Assembly (NCBI GenBank): GCA_965242695.1
Contig: CBDESU010000001.1
Coordinates: forward strand, 1,856,001-1,920,000
Length of the DNA: 64,000 bases
Direction of reading: 5' to 3'
Source: Cenarchaeum sp.
GTDB lineage: Archaea; Thermoproteota; Nitrososphaeria; Nitrososphaerales; Nitrosopumilaceae
Positions 47,160-57,160 of the stretch are shown here, piece by piece (positions within the stretch are counted from its first letter, which is position 1; each line of letters opens with the position of its first letter). The position numbers were made by a program, and so were the translations under genes. The notes beneath the pieces were generated by a model that saw only the letters and a program-made list of their open reading frames with translations, was not told the origin of the DNA and ran no database searches.

Positions 47160-48227
47160 TCAAGCCGCCGCCGCCGCCGCCGGCGCGGACAGCTCGGCCC
47201 GCGGCCCGCGGATCTCGCGCTCTATGGGCCGCACTGCGTTGGCAAGCAGGACTATCCTAGACGGCACGCTCTCGTCGGCGACCTCTAGGCTGCCGCCGGA
47301 CGCGGCTGACATGCCAGCGGCGAATCGGCGCACCTCCTCGTGCGGCATCATGTGGTCGCGCTCGAGGCGGTTTATCGACCTGCCCACGTGCATGTACGAC
47401 TTTGCCTCCACAAAGTGCGGCGAGGCATCCGCGAGCATCCCGGCGAACGCGGCGTCCATGCCCGGCCCCGTGTTGTACCCGCGGATGAGCGTTATCCGGA
47501 TTACAGTCCTGGTGCGCAGATCCCTCAGCAGGCCGAGCGACTCGTTCCACCGCTCCCAAGAGTCGGCGTACCTCGGCCGGTTTATGCGCTCGAACGACCC
47601 GCGGTCGGCCGCGTTCGTCGACAGGTACAGCTGCGTCGGCAGGGCGTCCTCGTCGGCCAGGCGGCGCAGCATGGCAGGCTCCTGCCCGTTCGTCACGAGG
47701 AATATCGAGCGCGTCGCCGGCAGGCCCCGCAGGTGCCGGATCAGCTCGGGCAGGCGCGGGTACATGGTCGGCTCGCCGGACAGGGATATGGCGTAGTGCG
47801 ACGGCGCGAGCGACTCGTCGAGCCTCGAGCGGTCGGCGCGCGCATCGCCGTAGTGGCCCATTATGAGGCGGCGGCGCTCGTCCATGAGCCGCTCGACGAC
47901 CTCCTTGGGGCCGAGCGCATCGGCGGGATCCATCGCCGACGACTCGTAGAATTCCATGGGCCGCCAGCAGTACACGCACCTGTTCTGGCACAGCATGCCG
48001 GCCGGCGAGAACTCCATGCACCGGTGCGTCGCTATCCCGTAGAACCTGTGCTTGTAGCAGTCGCCGTCGTGCCGGAACGACTTTTTCGTCCAGTGGCACA
48101 GGTCGACGGTCGCGTGGCCGGCCACGCCGTACTTTGCCCTCTTCAGCTCGGCGAGTATGCCCGGCCTTATGCTGATCAGGTCGCCGTCCCGGCCCTCCCC
48201 GTCCACGACCTCGCCCGAGCAGCTCAT
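47160..48227 (-). CDS. taw1: 4-demethylwyosine synthase (radical SAM)
   Basis: LCHWTK, CYKHRFYGI, CQNRCVYCWRP, ISLSGEPT, KSYMHVG. Confidence 0.95.
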   Translation of the reverse strand: MSCSGEVVDGEGRDGDLISIRPGILAELKRAKYGVAGHATVDLCHWTKKSFRHDGDCYKHRFYGIATHRCMEFSPAGMLCQNRCVYCWRPMEFYESSAMDPADALGPKEVVERLMDERRRLIMGHYGDARADRSRLDESLAPSHYAISLSGEPTMYPRLPELIRHLRGLPATRSIFLVTNGQEPAMLRRLADEDALPTQLYLSTNAADRGSFERINRPRYADSWERWNESLGLLRDLRTRTVIRITLIRGYNTGPGMDAAFAGMLADASPHFVEAKSYMHVGRSINRLERDHMMPHEEVRRFAAGMSAASGGSLEVADESVPSRIVLLANAVRPIEREIRGPRAELSAPAAAAAA

Positions 48228-49534
48228 GTCCGCGCGGCGGCCCCCGCCGTATTAAACGTGTCCGCCGGCGCCGCCGCGCCCCTGCGCGCGGCGCACGCCC
48301 TCAGGTAGTCGCGAAGGACGCGGTCCCGCACCGCAAAGCCGCTCTTGTCGTCAAGAAGGTCCGCATCTACGAGGGGGCGGACGTACCGCGGAAGGCGCTC
48401 GATCCTGTACGAGAGCGCCTTTGCCATGGCGGAATACGTCGGGATTCCTCCGCCGTCGCCGGCCGTCGCCACCGCCTCCAGTATGGCCCTCGACAGGGGG
48501 CTCTTCACGGCCGAGCCGAGGTCTTCAGACAACATGTACTCGCAGTACAGGTGGAGCTGGCCGAGCGGCGGCTCGAGCGAGCGCCGGTACGTGCTTTCCA
48601 TGTCCGCTTTGCCGTCCCAGGCCTCGGCCAGCGCCAGCAGGTAGTACGGATGCCCGCCGACCAGCCCGTGCGCGGCTGCGGCGGCGCGCGCAACGGCGGC
48701 GGCTGACGGGCCGCCGCGGGCGCCGGTTCCTTCCGCCAGGCCCCGGGACCGCACGTACCTTTTGAAGAGTAGGACGGAGCTGGCCTTGTCCATGTCCCCG
48801 ACCCTCTGCATGTAAAAGTGCGCAAAGAGGGGCGAGCGCCCTCCGCCCAGGATCGCTTCGGAGAGGTGCACGTGCGAGCCGCTGACGACGAATGATACGT
48901 TCGGGCCCCTGTCCTGGATTGCGCTGCGAAATAGCGCAAAAACGTCCTTCAGGCCAGGATACTTGGAGAGGGCGGCAAGATCCTGAAACTCGTCGATCAT
49001 CACTATGAACTTCAGGTGATCCTTCTCGGCCAGCGCGCTAGCCGACCCCAGTACGGATGCAAACAAGCGTCCGTAGTCGGGGCGCTTTTCGTCGACTACG
49101 AGACGCGCTGTCACCGTCCCCTCTCCGCTGACTCCAAGCTCGACGGATTTGATCCGCTTGTTAAGCAGTGCGGCCGTTGCCCTGTTGGCCAAGCGAAGGA
49201 TGCGATCGCGGCCCGCGGCTGCGGAGCCCGACCGGGTCCTCTTGGCAGACATGTAGGCACCAAGTATGGCCTTTTCGAGCGAGTCGAAGAGGCGGCGTGG
49301 CTCCGTCAAGTTCTCGCGGACGTCAAAGTATGCCACCGCCACGTTGTTGCGGCCCGCCAGCTCGTGCATGGCCCTGCGGAGGATTGTGGTCTTGCCAATC
49401 CGCCGGTGTCCTACGACTGCAACGTTGTAGTTGATCTTGCGGGACAGCATTTTTGACACAAGGTCGGATGTCTCGGCCTCGCGATCTACCACGGCGGCAG
49501 GATCGGCTGGCGAGCCGATGCGAAACTCCGACAC
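48224..49534 (-). CDS. Archaeal ATPase (ATPase_2/STAND-like) with C-terminal wHTH
   Basis: VDREAE, GHRRIGKT, MIDEFQ, SGS, GGHPYYL. Confidence 0.85.
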   Translation of the reverse strand: MSEFRIGSPADPAAVVDREAETSDLVSKMLSRKINYNVAVVGHRRIGKTTILRRAMHELAGRNNVAVAYFDVRENLTEPRRLFDSLEKAILGAYMSAKRTRSGSAAAGRDRILRLANRATAALLNKRIKSVELGVSGEGTVTARLVVDEKRPDYGRLFASVLGSASALAEKDHLKFIVMIDEFQDLAALSKYPGLKDVFALFRSAIQDRGPNVSFVVSGSHVHLSEAILGGGRSPLFAHFYMQRVGDMDKASSVLLFKRYVRSRGLAEGTGARGGPSAAAVARAAAAAHGLVGGHPYYLLALAEAWDGKADMESTYRRSLEPPLGQLHLYCEYMLSEDLGSAVKSPLSRAILEAVATAGDGGGIPTYSAMAKALSYRIERLPRYVRPLVDADLLDDKSGFAVRDRVLRDYLRACAARRGAAAPADTFNTAGAAART

Positions 49535-49598
49535 GGCGCGGCGCGGCGCGCCCGTCCATATATTTTGTTTGGAAGGCGTATGCGCGTTTGGGTGCTCT

Positions 49599-49662
49599 TA
49601 TACCAGTTGGTATATATACCAGTTGGTATATATACCAGTTGGTATATATACCAGTTGGTATA
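49599..49662. repeat. 4 perfect tandem copies of the palindromic 16-mer TATACCAGTTGGTATA
   Basis: Period 16; arms TATACCA/TGGTATA. Confidence 0.95.
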
Positions 49663-49862
49663 CAACAACAGGCAACAGCGGTGAAAACGGCTTGGCCAGT
49701 AGCCCCTGCACGCCCCAAATGAAGGCCAGAGGTCGAGCCGCCATCGCCGCCGCTACCCCCCCCCCCCAACGAATAAAGCGCGGCGCCGGCTGCCCGGGCC
49801 ATGGGCAGCAGCAGCGCCGCGCCGGGCGCGCCGCGGTGCGGACGCCGGCGGGGGGCCGGGAA

Positions 49863-50870
49863 ATGACGGGATCGGCCAGGGGCCGCCTCCCGCAGTTCAG
49901 CGGCAGGGCCTTTTTGGCGCCCATGGCAGGCGTGAGCGATCCGGCGCTGCGCCTCCTGTGCCGGCGGCGCGGCGCCGGCCTCGTGGTCACCGAGTTTACG
50001 AGCGTGCATGCCATAGTGGCAAAGGAGCGCGAGCTGCGCGGCAGGTCCCGCCCGATAACGGACTTTGTAGAGTACTCGGACGAGGAGCGCCCACTGTCGG
50101 TGCAGCTGTTCGGCTCGGACACGGAGGCGCTCGGGAAGGCCGCGTCCATCGTCGCCCCATACTTTGACATCATCGACTACAACATGGGCTGCCCGGCCCC
50201 CCACATTACGAGGCAGATGGCCGGCGGCGCGCTGCTCCAGCACGAGGGCCTGACGCGGCGCATACTGCGCACGCTAGTCGAGTCGGCCGGCGGCAGGCCG
50301 GTCACGCTAAAGGTGCGCGCAGGGGTCACGCCCGACGGCGACAGGGCGTTCCTCGGCATCGCCAGGATCGCCGAGGAAGAGGGGGTCGCGATGGTCACGC
50401 TGCACCCCCGCACCGTGAGCCAGGGGTACTCGGGCAGGTCGGACTGGTCGCTGATCGGCGAGCTCAAACGCACGGTCGGCATCCCCGTCGTCGGCAACGG
50501 GGACATTGCGGCGCCCGAGGACGCGCGCGACATGATCGAGCAGACGGGGTGCGACTACGTCATGATAGGGAGGGGCGCGATGGGCAACCCGTTCATATTC
50601 GAGCAGGTCAACGACCTGCTCTCGCGCGGGTCGTACCGCTCGTACGGGGCCGCCGACAGGATCGCCGCGTTCTTCGAGTACATGGAGGCGGCGGCGGGGT
50701 TCGGCATCAGGCTGTCGAGCATGCGCATGCAGGCGATGAGGTTCGTAAAGGGCATCCCCGGCGCGGCCAGGCTGAGGCCGCTCCTGGCCGCCGCGCGCGG
50801 CGCCGGCGAGATCGAGGAGATCGTGCGCGGGGCGGCCGGCAGCCCCGGCGGGAGGTCCCCCTCCCCCTAG
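49863..50870 (+). CDS. dus: tRNA-dihydrouridine synthase
   Basis: LAPMAGVS, QLFGS, NMGCP, GGALL, LHPRT, GNGDI, MIGRG. Confidence 0.95.
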   Translation: MTGSARGRLPQFSGRAFLAPMAGVSDPALRLLCRRRGAGLVVTEFTSVHAIVAKERELRGRSRPITDFVEYSDEERPLSVQLFGSDTEALGKAASIVAPYFDIIDYNMGCPAPHITRQMAGGALLQHEGLTRRILRTLVESAGGRPVTLKVRAGVTPDGDRAFLGIARIAEEEGVAMVTLHPRTVSQGYSGRSDWSLIGELKRTVGIPVVGNGDIAAPEDARDMIEQTGCDYVMIGRGAMGNPFIFEQVNDLLSRGSYRSYGAADRIAAFFEYMEAAAGFGIRLSSMRMQAMRFVKGIPGAARLRPLLAAARGAGEIEEIVRGAAGSPGGRSPSP

Positions 50871-51877
50871 CCGCCCATCCAGCCGGCGCGCCTAAAGTAC
50901 GCGTACATTGCCGCGGCGGGCACCGTCGATGCGAGTATGATCGAGTAGAACACGAGGTGCGACTCGCCGCCCTGCCCGGCCGCCCCGGGCAGGGCCACGT
51001 TCATCCCGTAGAACGTCCCGATCACGGTGGCCGGGATTGCCAGCGTGAATATTATGGTGAGGACGGCCAGCACCCTGTTGGTCTTTTCGGTGCTCAGCAT
51101 AAAGTCGGTGTCCTTGTAAATCTCCATGGTCTCCCGGGACTCTTCGAGCGCGTCCATGACCTTGTCGAGGTGGTCTATGACGTCGTCAAAGTACAGCTTT
51201 AGGTCGCCGCTGCCCGACATGCGGTCGACCTGGCCGCTAGCCTCCGTCACGATGCGCTTGAGGGGGTTGACGATGCGCCGGAGCACCATGATCTCGCGGC
51301 GCAGCACGGATATCTTGCGCGCCGCCGACCTCTTGTCGTCGAAGACCTCTTCCTCGATGTCCTCGAGGTTGGCCATGACGCGCCTCAGCGTGTGCAGGAG
51401 GTCGTCGACGAGCGAGTCGACGATCTCGTGGAGGAGCGATCCGGTGGAGCGGCCGAGCAGCCGAGCGCGGCGCTCGTCGCCCGGATCCCCCTCCCCGCTG
51501 CATGCGTCGACGAGCTCCACGAGCGGGGCGAGCTCGCCCTGGTGGACCGTAATCAGGAAGCCGCGCCCGACGAACATGGACAGCTGGCTGTGGCGCGGCA
51601 TGAACTCCTTTGACGCAAGGGGCGGGAAGTGGAGCAGCAGGAACATGTGGTCGTCGTACACGTCGATCTTTGGCAGCTCGAACTTTGTCAGGCAGTCCTC
51701 TACGTTGAGGGCGTTGAGGCCGTACTCGCGGGCCAGGTCCCCGACGCGCTGCCGGTCGGGATTCTCGAGGTCGATCCAGGTGAACCCGGTGCCCTCGAGC
51801 ACGGTCTGCTTTGCGCCGCCCCCGCCGGCCCCCCCGTCGCGGCCGCGCAGCCTGAGGGGTATGATCTGGCGCTTCAC
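50867..51877 (-). CDS. corA: CorA family Mg2+/Co2+ transporter
   Basis: WIDL, two C-terminal TM helices with YGMN. Confidence 0.95.
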   Translation of the reverse strand: MKRQIIPLRLRGRDGGAGGGGAKQTVLEGTGFTWIDLENPDRQRVGDLAREYGLNALNVEDCLTKFELPKIDVYDDHMFLLLHFPPLASKEFMPRHSQLSMFVGRGFLITVHQGELAPLVELVDACSGEGDPGDERRARLLGRSTGSLLHEIVDSLVDDLLHTLRRVMANLEDIEEEVFDDKRSAARKISVLRREIMVLRRIVNPLKRIVTEASGQVDRMSGSGDLKLYFDDVIDHLDKVMDALEESRETMEIYKDTDFMLSTEKTNRVLAVLTIIFTLAIPATVIGTFYGMNVALPGAAGQGGESHLVFYSIILASTVPAAAMYAYFRRAGWMGG

Positions 51878-51972
51878 GCGCGCGCCGGGCGCGGCGGCGA
51901 TTTAAAGATGATCAGGCGGCAGTGCGCGCGGGCCGCCGCGCCCGGCGCGCCGGTAGCGGCGGGGCCCCACGC

Positions 51973-52059
51973 CTACTTGAACGGCAGGAACGAGTACGTC
52001 CCGTAATAGACGACGGCCGCGGCCACGGCCATGCCGATCCACCAGCCCTTGCTGGACAT
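51973..52059 (-). CDS. 28-aa single-helix membrane microprotein MSSKGWWIGMAVAAAVVYYGTYSFLPFK
   Basis: TTTATTAT box ~23 nt before ATG; host codon usage; not in the ORF track. Confidence 0.6.
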   Translation of the reverse strand: MSSKGWWIGMAVAAAVVYYGTYSFLPFK

Positions 52060-52204
52060 GGGCGGCAGGGGCGCGGCTCCGATAATAAACGTAGGCGGCG
52101 CGCCGCGGAGGCGCGCCCGATCGGTGGCGCCTGCGGTGGGCGCAGAGGCCGGGGCGCGGGCGCGCGGGCAACGGTTATTACCGGCGGCATGCTTGGCCCT
52201 GCGT

Positions 52205-52279
52205 GGCCTCTGTAGTATAGTGGTAGTATATAGGACTGTGGATCCTAGGGCGGGGGTTCGATTCTCCCCGGAGGCCCCA
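52205..52279 (+). tRNA. tRNA-His(GTG) with encoded G-1 and CCA
   Basis: GCCTCTG/CGGAGGC acceptor, TAGGA-CTGTGGA-TCCTA anticodon arm, GGTTCGATT. Confidence 0.95.
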
Positions 52280-52325
52280 CTACGTTATTCCCGGGCAGGG
52301 CGCCGGCCGCTCGCGGCGGGCCCGG

Positions 52326-52703
52326 TCAGAACACGCCGTACTTGCTAGACTCCATCTCTTCCTTGATGGCCAGCTTGAACCGCGGCGAGTCTGGCCCCGC
52401 CGCCATCTGCTCTAGCCACGTGAGGAACTTTTTGTCGAGCCCCTTGCCCCTTAGCCGGTCAAAGTCCGGCCCCATCTGGTCGGCGAGCCTCTGGACAATG
52501 TCGCGGCTGACGCTGACGACGAAGAAGTGCCACCCGAATGCAAACTCCGAGTCCGTCATGACTGCGACCTCGTCGGCGTAGCTCCAGCCGGGATCTGAGC
52601 CGCCGGCGTGGACCATGGCCTCTAGCCTGCCGAGGGCCCCGCGCAGGTCGCGGCTCGTCGCGTCGTAGTCTACGGCCGAGACGTTGATGTTGATGCGATC
52701 CAC
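52326..52703 (-). CDS. Conserved thaumarchaeal hypothetical protein
   Basis: VDRININVSAVDYD...TDSEFAFGWHFF...KEEMESSKYGVF; TATTTAT promoter. Confidence 0.8.
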   Translation of the reverse strand: MDRININVSAVDYDATSRDLRGALGRLEAMVHAGGSDPGWSYADEVAVMTDSEFAFGWHFFVVSVSRDIVQRLADQMGPDFDRLRGKGLDKKFLTWLEQMAAGPDSPRFKLAIKEEMESSKYGVF

Positions 52704-52756
52704 GCCACCGGTGCGGCCCGGGCCGATAAATAGCCTGCGCGCGGGGCCCCCGCCTG

Positions 52757-53521
52757 CTACTCCGACATGAACAGCTTTCGTTGGCGGCTCAAAGAGGCGC
52801 CGAGCGCCTTTGTAGTGCGCATCGCATCGATGCTGGGCCCGCGTAGCCTCTGCTCGTGCGCGTCGTCGAGCATGTCGCGGGAGGCGGCGAGTATCTTTTT
52901 GTCGGCGCCGTCCAGGTCCATGCCGGCCGTAAGGCGGGCCGCGTCGATACCGGCGCCGTACCGTTCGGACGCGGCCTCTACGTACGCCCTGCTCAGCAGC
53001 ACCACGCCGCGCAGTGCGGGTCCCCTGCTGCGCTTCAGGTGGACATACTTTGCATGCTCGTACCTTGCAAACTCGGCCGCATGCTCGTGCTGGCTCATCG
53101 CCGACGTGTAGTGGATGAGCGAGACGGCGTGCGTGGTGAGCATCCGCGGGGCCATGTCTGGCATTCCGACCCACCCGTCGGCCGACTCTCCAAGCGACCT
53201 GATCGGGGCGTAGTCGAGATGCAGGTTGTCGTGCAGCAGGGCGTACTCCTGCGCTGCCACCCCCATCGCATTCTTGAGGATCGCCCGAACGACCGGCTTT
53301 TCGGAGAGGTTGATCATCGTCGTCGGCCTGCCGCCCACAATGCCGGTCTTCACGAGGTACTCGTCGGCGCTTCCGACCGTCACCAGCCTGTGCGAGTCTC
53401 CAAACGCGGCCTGAAACGCGGCCGAGAGCGCCCGCATCTGATCCTCGGGGAGGGCGCCCGAGAGCAGCTTGTCGATTAGGCCACGTGGAGGCAGCACGAG
53501 GGGCGCACGAGGGGCTGCCAT
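52757..53521 (-). CDS. Hypothetical protein
   Basis: Protein-like ORF with host-like codon use. Confidence 0.6.
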   Translation of the reverse strand: MAAPRAPLVLPPRGLIDKLLSGALPEDQMRALSAAFQAAFGDSHRLVTVGSADEYLVKTGIVGGRPTTMINLSEKPVVRAILKNAMGVAAQEYALLHDNLHLDYAPIRSLGESADGWVGMPDMAPRMLTTHAVSLIHYTSAMSQHEHAAEFARYEHAKYVHLKRSRGPALRGVVLLSRAYVEAASERYGAGIDAARLTAGMDLDGADKKILAASRDMLDDAHEQRLRGPSIDAMRTTKALGASLSRQRKLFMSE

Positions 53522-53612
53522 AAAAGTCAGCCGCGGGGGCGAGCCGCGCAGGGCGGCAGGGGCGCGGGAATGGGCGGCGCGCCTTTTTAGCACCGCCAGG
53601 GGCGGGCCGCGC

Positions 53613-54470
53613 ATGCGCGCACGGATCGCCCTCGGCGCCGCCGCTGCGCTCGGCGCCCTGGCGGCGTACACTATCCTCGTCGAGCCGGCCGCGCTCGAGG
53701 TGACGCACACCGTGATCGAGTCGGACCGGGTCGGCGAGCCGGTGCGGATCGCGTTCGTCGCAGACATGCAGAGGCGCGATGCGGACCCGTCATTCGTGGC
53801 GCGCGCCGTGGCCGAGATCAACGCGGCCGAGCCGGACATCGTGGCCATGGGCGGCGACTATATCGAGGCGTCGACGCCCGAGCTGCCGTCGATCGCCGCG
53901 CTAAGGGACGTCCGGGCGCCGGGCGGCGCGTTTGCCGTCCTCGGCAACCACGACTACGGCGTGTTCGGCCCCGAAAAGGAGTCCATGCGGGCCAACGAGC
54001 GGCTTGCGGCAGAGGTGGCTGGGTACCTGTCCGAGGGCGGCGCCGTCAGGGTGCTGCGCAACGAGGTCGCCGATGCGGCGGGCGGCCGCGTTCGGATCGC
54101 CGGCCTCGACTCGTACTGGGCAGGCATGCGAGACGAGTCGGCCCTCGATGCGCTGCGCGGCGAGGAGGCGTACCGCGTCGTGCTTGTCCACAACCAGGAC
54201 GGGATGGCGCTGGGATCAGAGTCTGCCCGGCCGGCCGACCTGTACCTGTTCGGCCACACGCACTGCGGGCAGGTGCGGCTGCCGCTGCTCGGCTCGGTCC
54301 CAAAGGCCCTCGGGTTCGAGGGCGAGTACGACTACCGCCACTACGAGGTGGCCGGCGGCTCGGCCCACGTGTACACCACATGCGGGCTGTCGCCGTGGCC
54401 GCGCCTCCTCAACCCGCCCGAGGTGTCCGTCATCGACGTCGTCCCCGCCGGTGCTGGGGCCGGCGGCTAG
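53613..54470 (+). CDS. Metallophosphoesterase (YkuE-like)
   Basis: ADMQ, GGDY, LGNHD, GHTHCGQ. Confidence 0.9.
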   Translation: MRARIALGAAAALGALAAYTILVEPAALEVTHTVIESDRVGEPVRIAFVADMQRRDADPSFVARAVAEINAAEPDIVAMGGDYIEASTPELPSIAALRDVRAPGGAFAVLGNHDYGVFGPEKESMRANERLAAEVAGYLSEGGAVRVLRNEVADAAGGRVRIAGLDSYWAGMRDESALDALRGEEAYRVVLVHNQDGMALGSESARPADLYLFGHTHCGQVRLPLLGSVPKALGFEGEYDYRHYEVAGGSAHVYTTCGLSPWPRLLNPPEVSVIDVVPAGAGAGG

Positions 54471-55273
54471 GGCGGGCCGGCGGCCTCGGCGGCGGCGGCG
54501 CCTCCCCCCTCCGCCCGCTCCAGCAGGTGATCGGTCTCTATCCCGTAAAAGTTGCGCAGTATTCCCATGTACGTGCGGATCGACTCTGGCACCGCATCGC
54601 CGCAGGCCACGCCGAGGTTCCACGCGTTTATCCACATGACGAGCGTCTGCAGGATGGTCACGAACCGGTTGTTCTGCGCATCCGGCGGCTCGACGGCCCG
54701 GGTGTACAGCTCTGCGTGCTCCCACGCCGTCGCAAAGTCGACGCACCTTACGCCGAGGACCGCGAGGACCTGCTCGGCGACGCTGCCGGCGCGGCGCAGC
54801 GGAGTGCGGGTCAGCACGTACGGGAAGCGGACCGAGTCGGGCAGGCAGCCGTGCGGGGGCCCCCATACCGTGACTATCCGGCAGCCGTCGGGGAGATCGG
54901 CGAACCTGCGGGCAAGGCCGGCCGCCGCGTCCCCGTCGGCGAACCACGAGAGCACGACCGTCGCGCCGCCGAGCCCCGCCTCGAGGGCGTCGCCGCACAC
55001 GACGCTCGCGCCGCCGAGCCCCGCCGTCGCCGCGCGGGCCGCCTCGGCCATGGCGGGATCCGAGTCGATCCCGACGGCGCGCGACGCGCCGAACTCGGAG
55101 ATCGCCATGGCAAGGCCGCGGCCGTCGCCGCACCCGAGGTGGTACACTGTGTCGCCCTCGCCGGCCCCCGCAAGGCCGAGCATCTCGCGCAACGACCGCT
55201 CCGGGGGCTGCACCCGCTCGCCGGAGACGATGCCGCCGGGCAGCGACGCTATGTACTCTTCTAGCCTCATCAT
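54467..55273 (-). CDS. SAM-dependent methyltransferase
   Basis: YHLGCGDG, AVGID. Confidence 0.8.
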   Translation of the reverse strand: MMRLEEYIASLPGGIVSGERVQPPERSLREMLGLAGAGEGDTVYHLGCGDGRGLAMAISEFGASRAVGIDSDPAMAEAARAATAGLGGASVVCGDALEAGLGGATVVLSWFADGDAAAGLARRFADLPDGCRIVTVWGPPHGCLPDSVRFPYVLTRTPLRRAGSVAEQVLAVLGVRCVDFATAWEHAELYTRAVEPPDAQNNRFVTILQTLVMWINAWNLGVACGDAVPESIRTYMGILRNFYGIETDHLLERAEGGGAAAAEAAGPP

Positions 55274-55301
55274 GCCGCCTGGCCTGCCCCGCGGGGCCGA
55301 T

Positions 55302-55571
55302 TTATTCCCTTATGCTCTCGAGCTTTGAGACGGCCTGCCACAGCGTGACGCGCACGAACGACGGCATGTTTGGGTCCTGCGTAATGTCGTCAAGCGTGCT
55401 GATCGCGTTGGCGGCGCGCACCGACATAGAGTACTCGCCGCTCTCAAGCCCCGCCACAATGTCGACGATCGTCTTCTTTATCGTCTTGGGGGTCGTCGGG
55501 CTGTTGGCCACGCCCGTGAGCGTCTTGACCGACTCTTCCATCGACGCCTTGTTGCGCTGCTCGTCGGCCAT
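55302..55571 (-). CDS. UPF0147 family protein
   Basis: VRAANAIS.LDDI.QDPNMP.FVR..LWQAVSKLE. Confidence 0.9.
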   Translation of the reverse strand: MADEQRNKASMEESVKTLTGVANSPTTPKTIKKTIVDIVAGLESGEYSMSVRAANAISTLDDITQDPNMPSFVRVTLWQAVSKLESIRE

Positions 55572-55577
55572 GCCACC

Positions 55578-55889
55578 TCACACCTCCACGCACACGCGGC
55601 CGGACTCGACCGTGGTGGGGTACGACCCGAGCGGCCTGATCTTTGCCGGAAACTGCTCCAGCGCCCCCGTGCCGCAGTCGAACCTGGCTCCGTGCCACCC
55701 GCATACGACCGAGCACGACTCGATGCGGCCCTCGGACAGGCTCGCGCCGGCGTGCGTGCACGTGTCGTCAAACGCGGCAAACCTGCCGCCGCCCAGGTTG
55801 GCCACGGCAATGTCGCGGCCGCCGACGGTGAACTTTGCCATCGAGCCCTCGGCGATCTCGTCCGCTCCGCATACGGGAGTACTGGCCAT
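55578..55889 (-). CDS. Rieske [2Fe-2S] ferredoxin
   Basis: CTH and CGWH ligand motifs. Confidence 0.9.
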   Translation of the reverse strand: MASTPVCGADEIAEGSMAKFTVGGRDIAVANLGGGRFAAFDDTCTHAGASLSEGRIESCSVVCGWHGARFDCGTGALEQFPAKIRPLGSYPTTVESGRVCVEV

Positions 55890-56233
55890 GGGCGCGCGCC
55901 CCCGGCTTGCCTTAATAGTTTTTGGGCGGGCCGGCGGGCGCAGGCGCCGCGGCCAGGGCCGCGGCCTCCCCCCTACCCCGCCCCGCCCCGCCAGGGGACG
56001 CCGCGGCCCCCCGAGCCGGCCAGGCCGCCTGCAGGTCCCGCCGCGGACCGGCTGTGTCTGCCGCCCCGGCGCAGGGCAGCCCGCCAGGCGCATGCCCGTC
56101 ATTCTCCCTCGCCCTTCCTCCCCCCCCCCGCTCAGCCGGCCTGCAGGTCCGCTGCAGGGCGGGGGCCGCCGGCGGCGGCGAGGGGGGCATGCGGCAGGAA
56201 GGCGCAGCGCGCCCTGCGGGCGGAGGGAGGCCG

Positions 56234-57160
56234 TCACGGCCGCCGCGCATCGCCGACTATGCGCACCGTGTTGCGGATGCTGCCGAGGCCCGTGATCGAC
56301 ATCTCGACGACGTCGCCGTCCTTTAGGTACTCTAGGCCGGGGTTGTTCATGACGACCCCCGACGGGGTGCCCGTCGAGATGACGTCGCCCTTTTCAAGCG
56401 TCATCGACCGGCTCAGCTTTGAGACGATGTCGAACGGCTTTATGTGCATGCCGCCGGCAAGCGCATCCTGCCGCACCTCGCCGTTGACGCGCGTCGTGAG
56501 GCGCAGCCCCTCGGGGTCGCCCGCCTCGTCGGCCGTCGTCACCCAGGGCCCGCACGGCGCGAACGTGTCGAACCCCTTGGCCCGGGTGAACTGCCCGTCC
56601 ATCGCCTGTATGTCGCGCGCCGAGACGTCGTTGAGTACCATGTACCCGAACACGGCCCCGCGCGCCTCGGCCGGCGAGACGTCCTTGCAGTCGCGCCCCA
56701 TGACCATTGCAAGCTCGATCTCGTAGTCGAGCTGGCCGACGAACCCGGGAGCGACGATCTCGGCGCCGCTCCCGCACAGGGCCGTTCGCGGCTTTATGAC
56801 CACGACGGGGTCGGACGTCGGGGCGCGGTCCTGCTCTTTTGCATGGTCGGCGTAGTTGAAGGCCAGGCACAGTATCTTTGGCGGCCTTGCGATCGGGGCG
56901 AGCAGGTCGAACGAGGACAGTTCCGCGCCGTGGGGCAGGGAGCCGAGGCGCCCGCGCACCTCGTCGAACCACCCGTCGAACATGAACTCGCGCGCGCCGG
57001 CCGGCAGCGGCACGCCGGTCTCGTACGTGATCTCCTCGCGCGTCGCCACGCGCCCCTCCCGGACGATCCCGTACGTCTCCCGGGCGGCGCCGTGCGCGGC
57101 CTCTGCTCCGCCGCCGGCCGCGCGCGGCCTGAGCCTTGCTATGCGGGCCATGCACGTCAC
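56234..57160 (-). CDS. Fumarylacetoacetate hydrolase family protein
   Basis: NYADH, DYEIEL, NDVSARD, KGFDTF, GDVISTGTPSG. Confidence 0.9.
   Translation of the reverse strand: MTCMARIARLRPRAAGGGAEAAHGAARETYGIVREGRVATREEITYETGVPLPAGAREFMFDGWFDEVRGRLGSLPHGAELSSFDLLAPIARPPKILCLAFNYADHAKEQDRAPTSDPVVVIKPRTALCGSGAEIVAPGFVGQLDYEIELAMVMGRDCKDVSPAEARGAVFGYMVLNDVSARDIQAMDGQFTRAKGFDTFAPCGPWVTTADEAGDPEGLRLTTRVNGEVRQDALAGGMHIKPFDIVSKLSRSMTLEKGDVISTGTPSGVVMNNPGLEYLKDGDVVEMSITGLGSIRNTVRIVGDARRP

Noticed and set aside
49431-49862. N-terminal extension of Dus and the YQLVYIP/IYTNW repeat ORFs
   Set aside because: Artefacts of translating the 16-bp DNA repeat; Dus homology starts at 49863
45679-56129. Other poly-C runs (~45680, 49756-49767, ~56120) as phase switches
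   Set aside because: Intergenic with no evident target; they show that C-runs are not rare here, which tempers the RM tract argument
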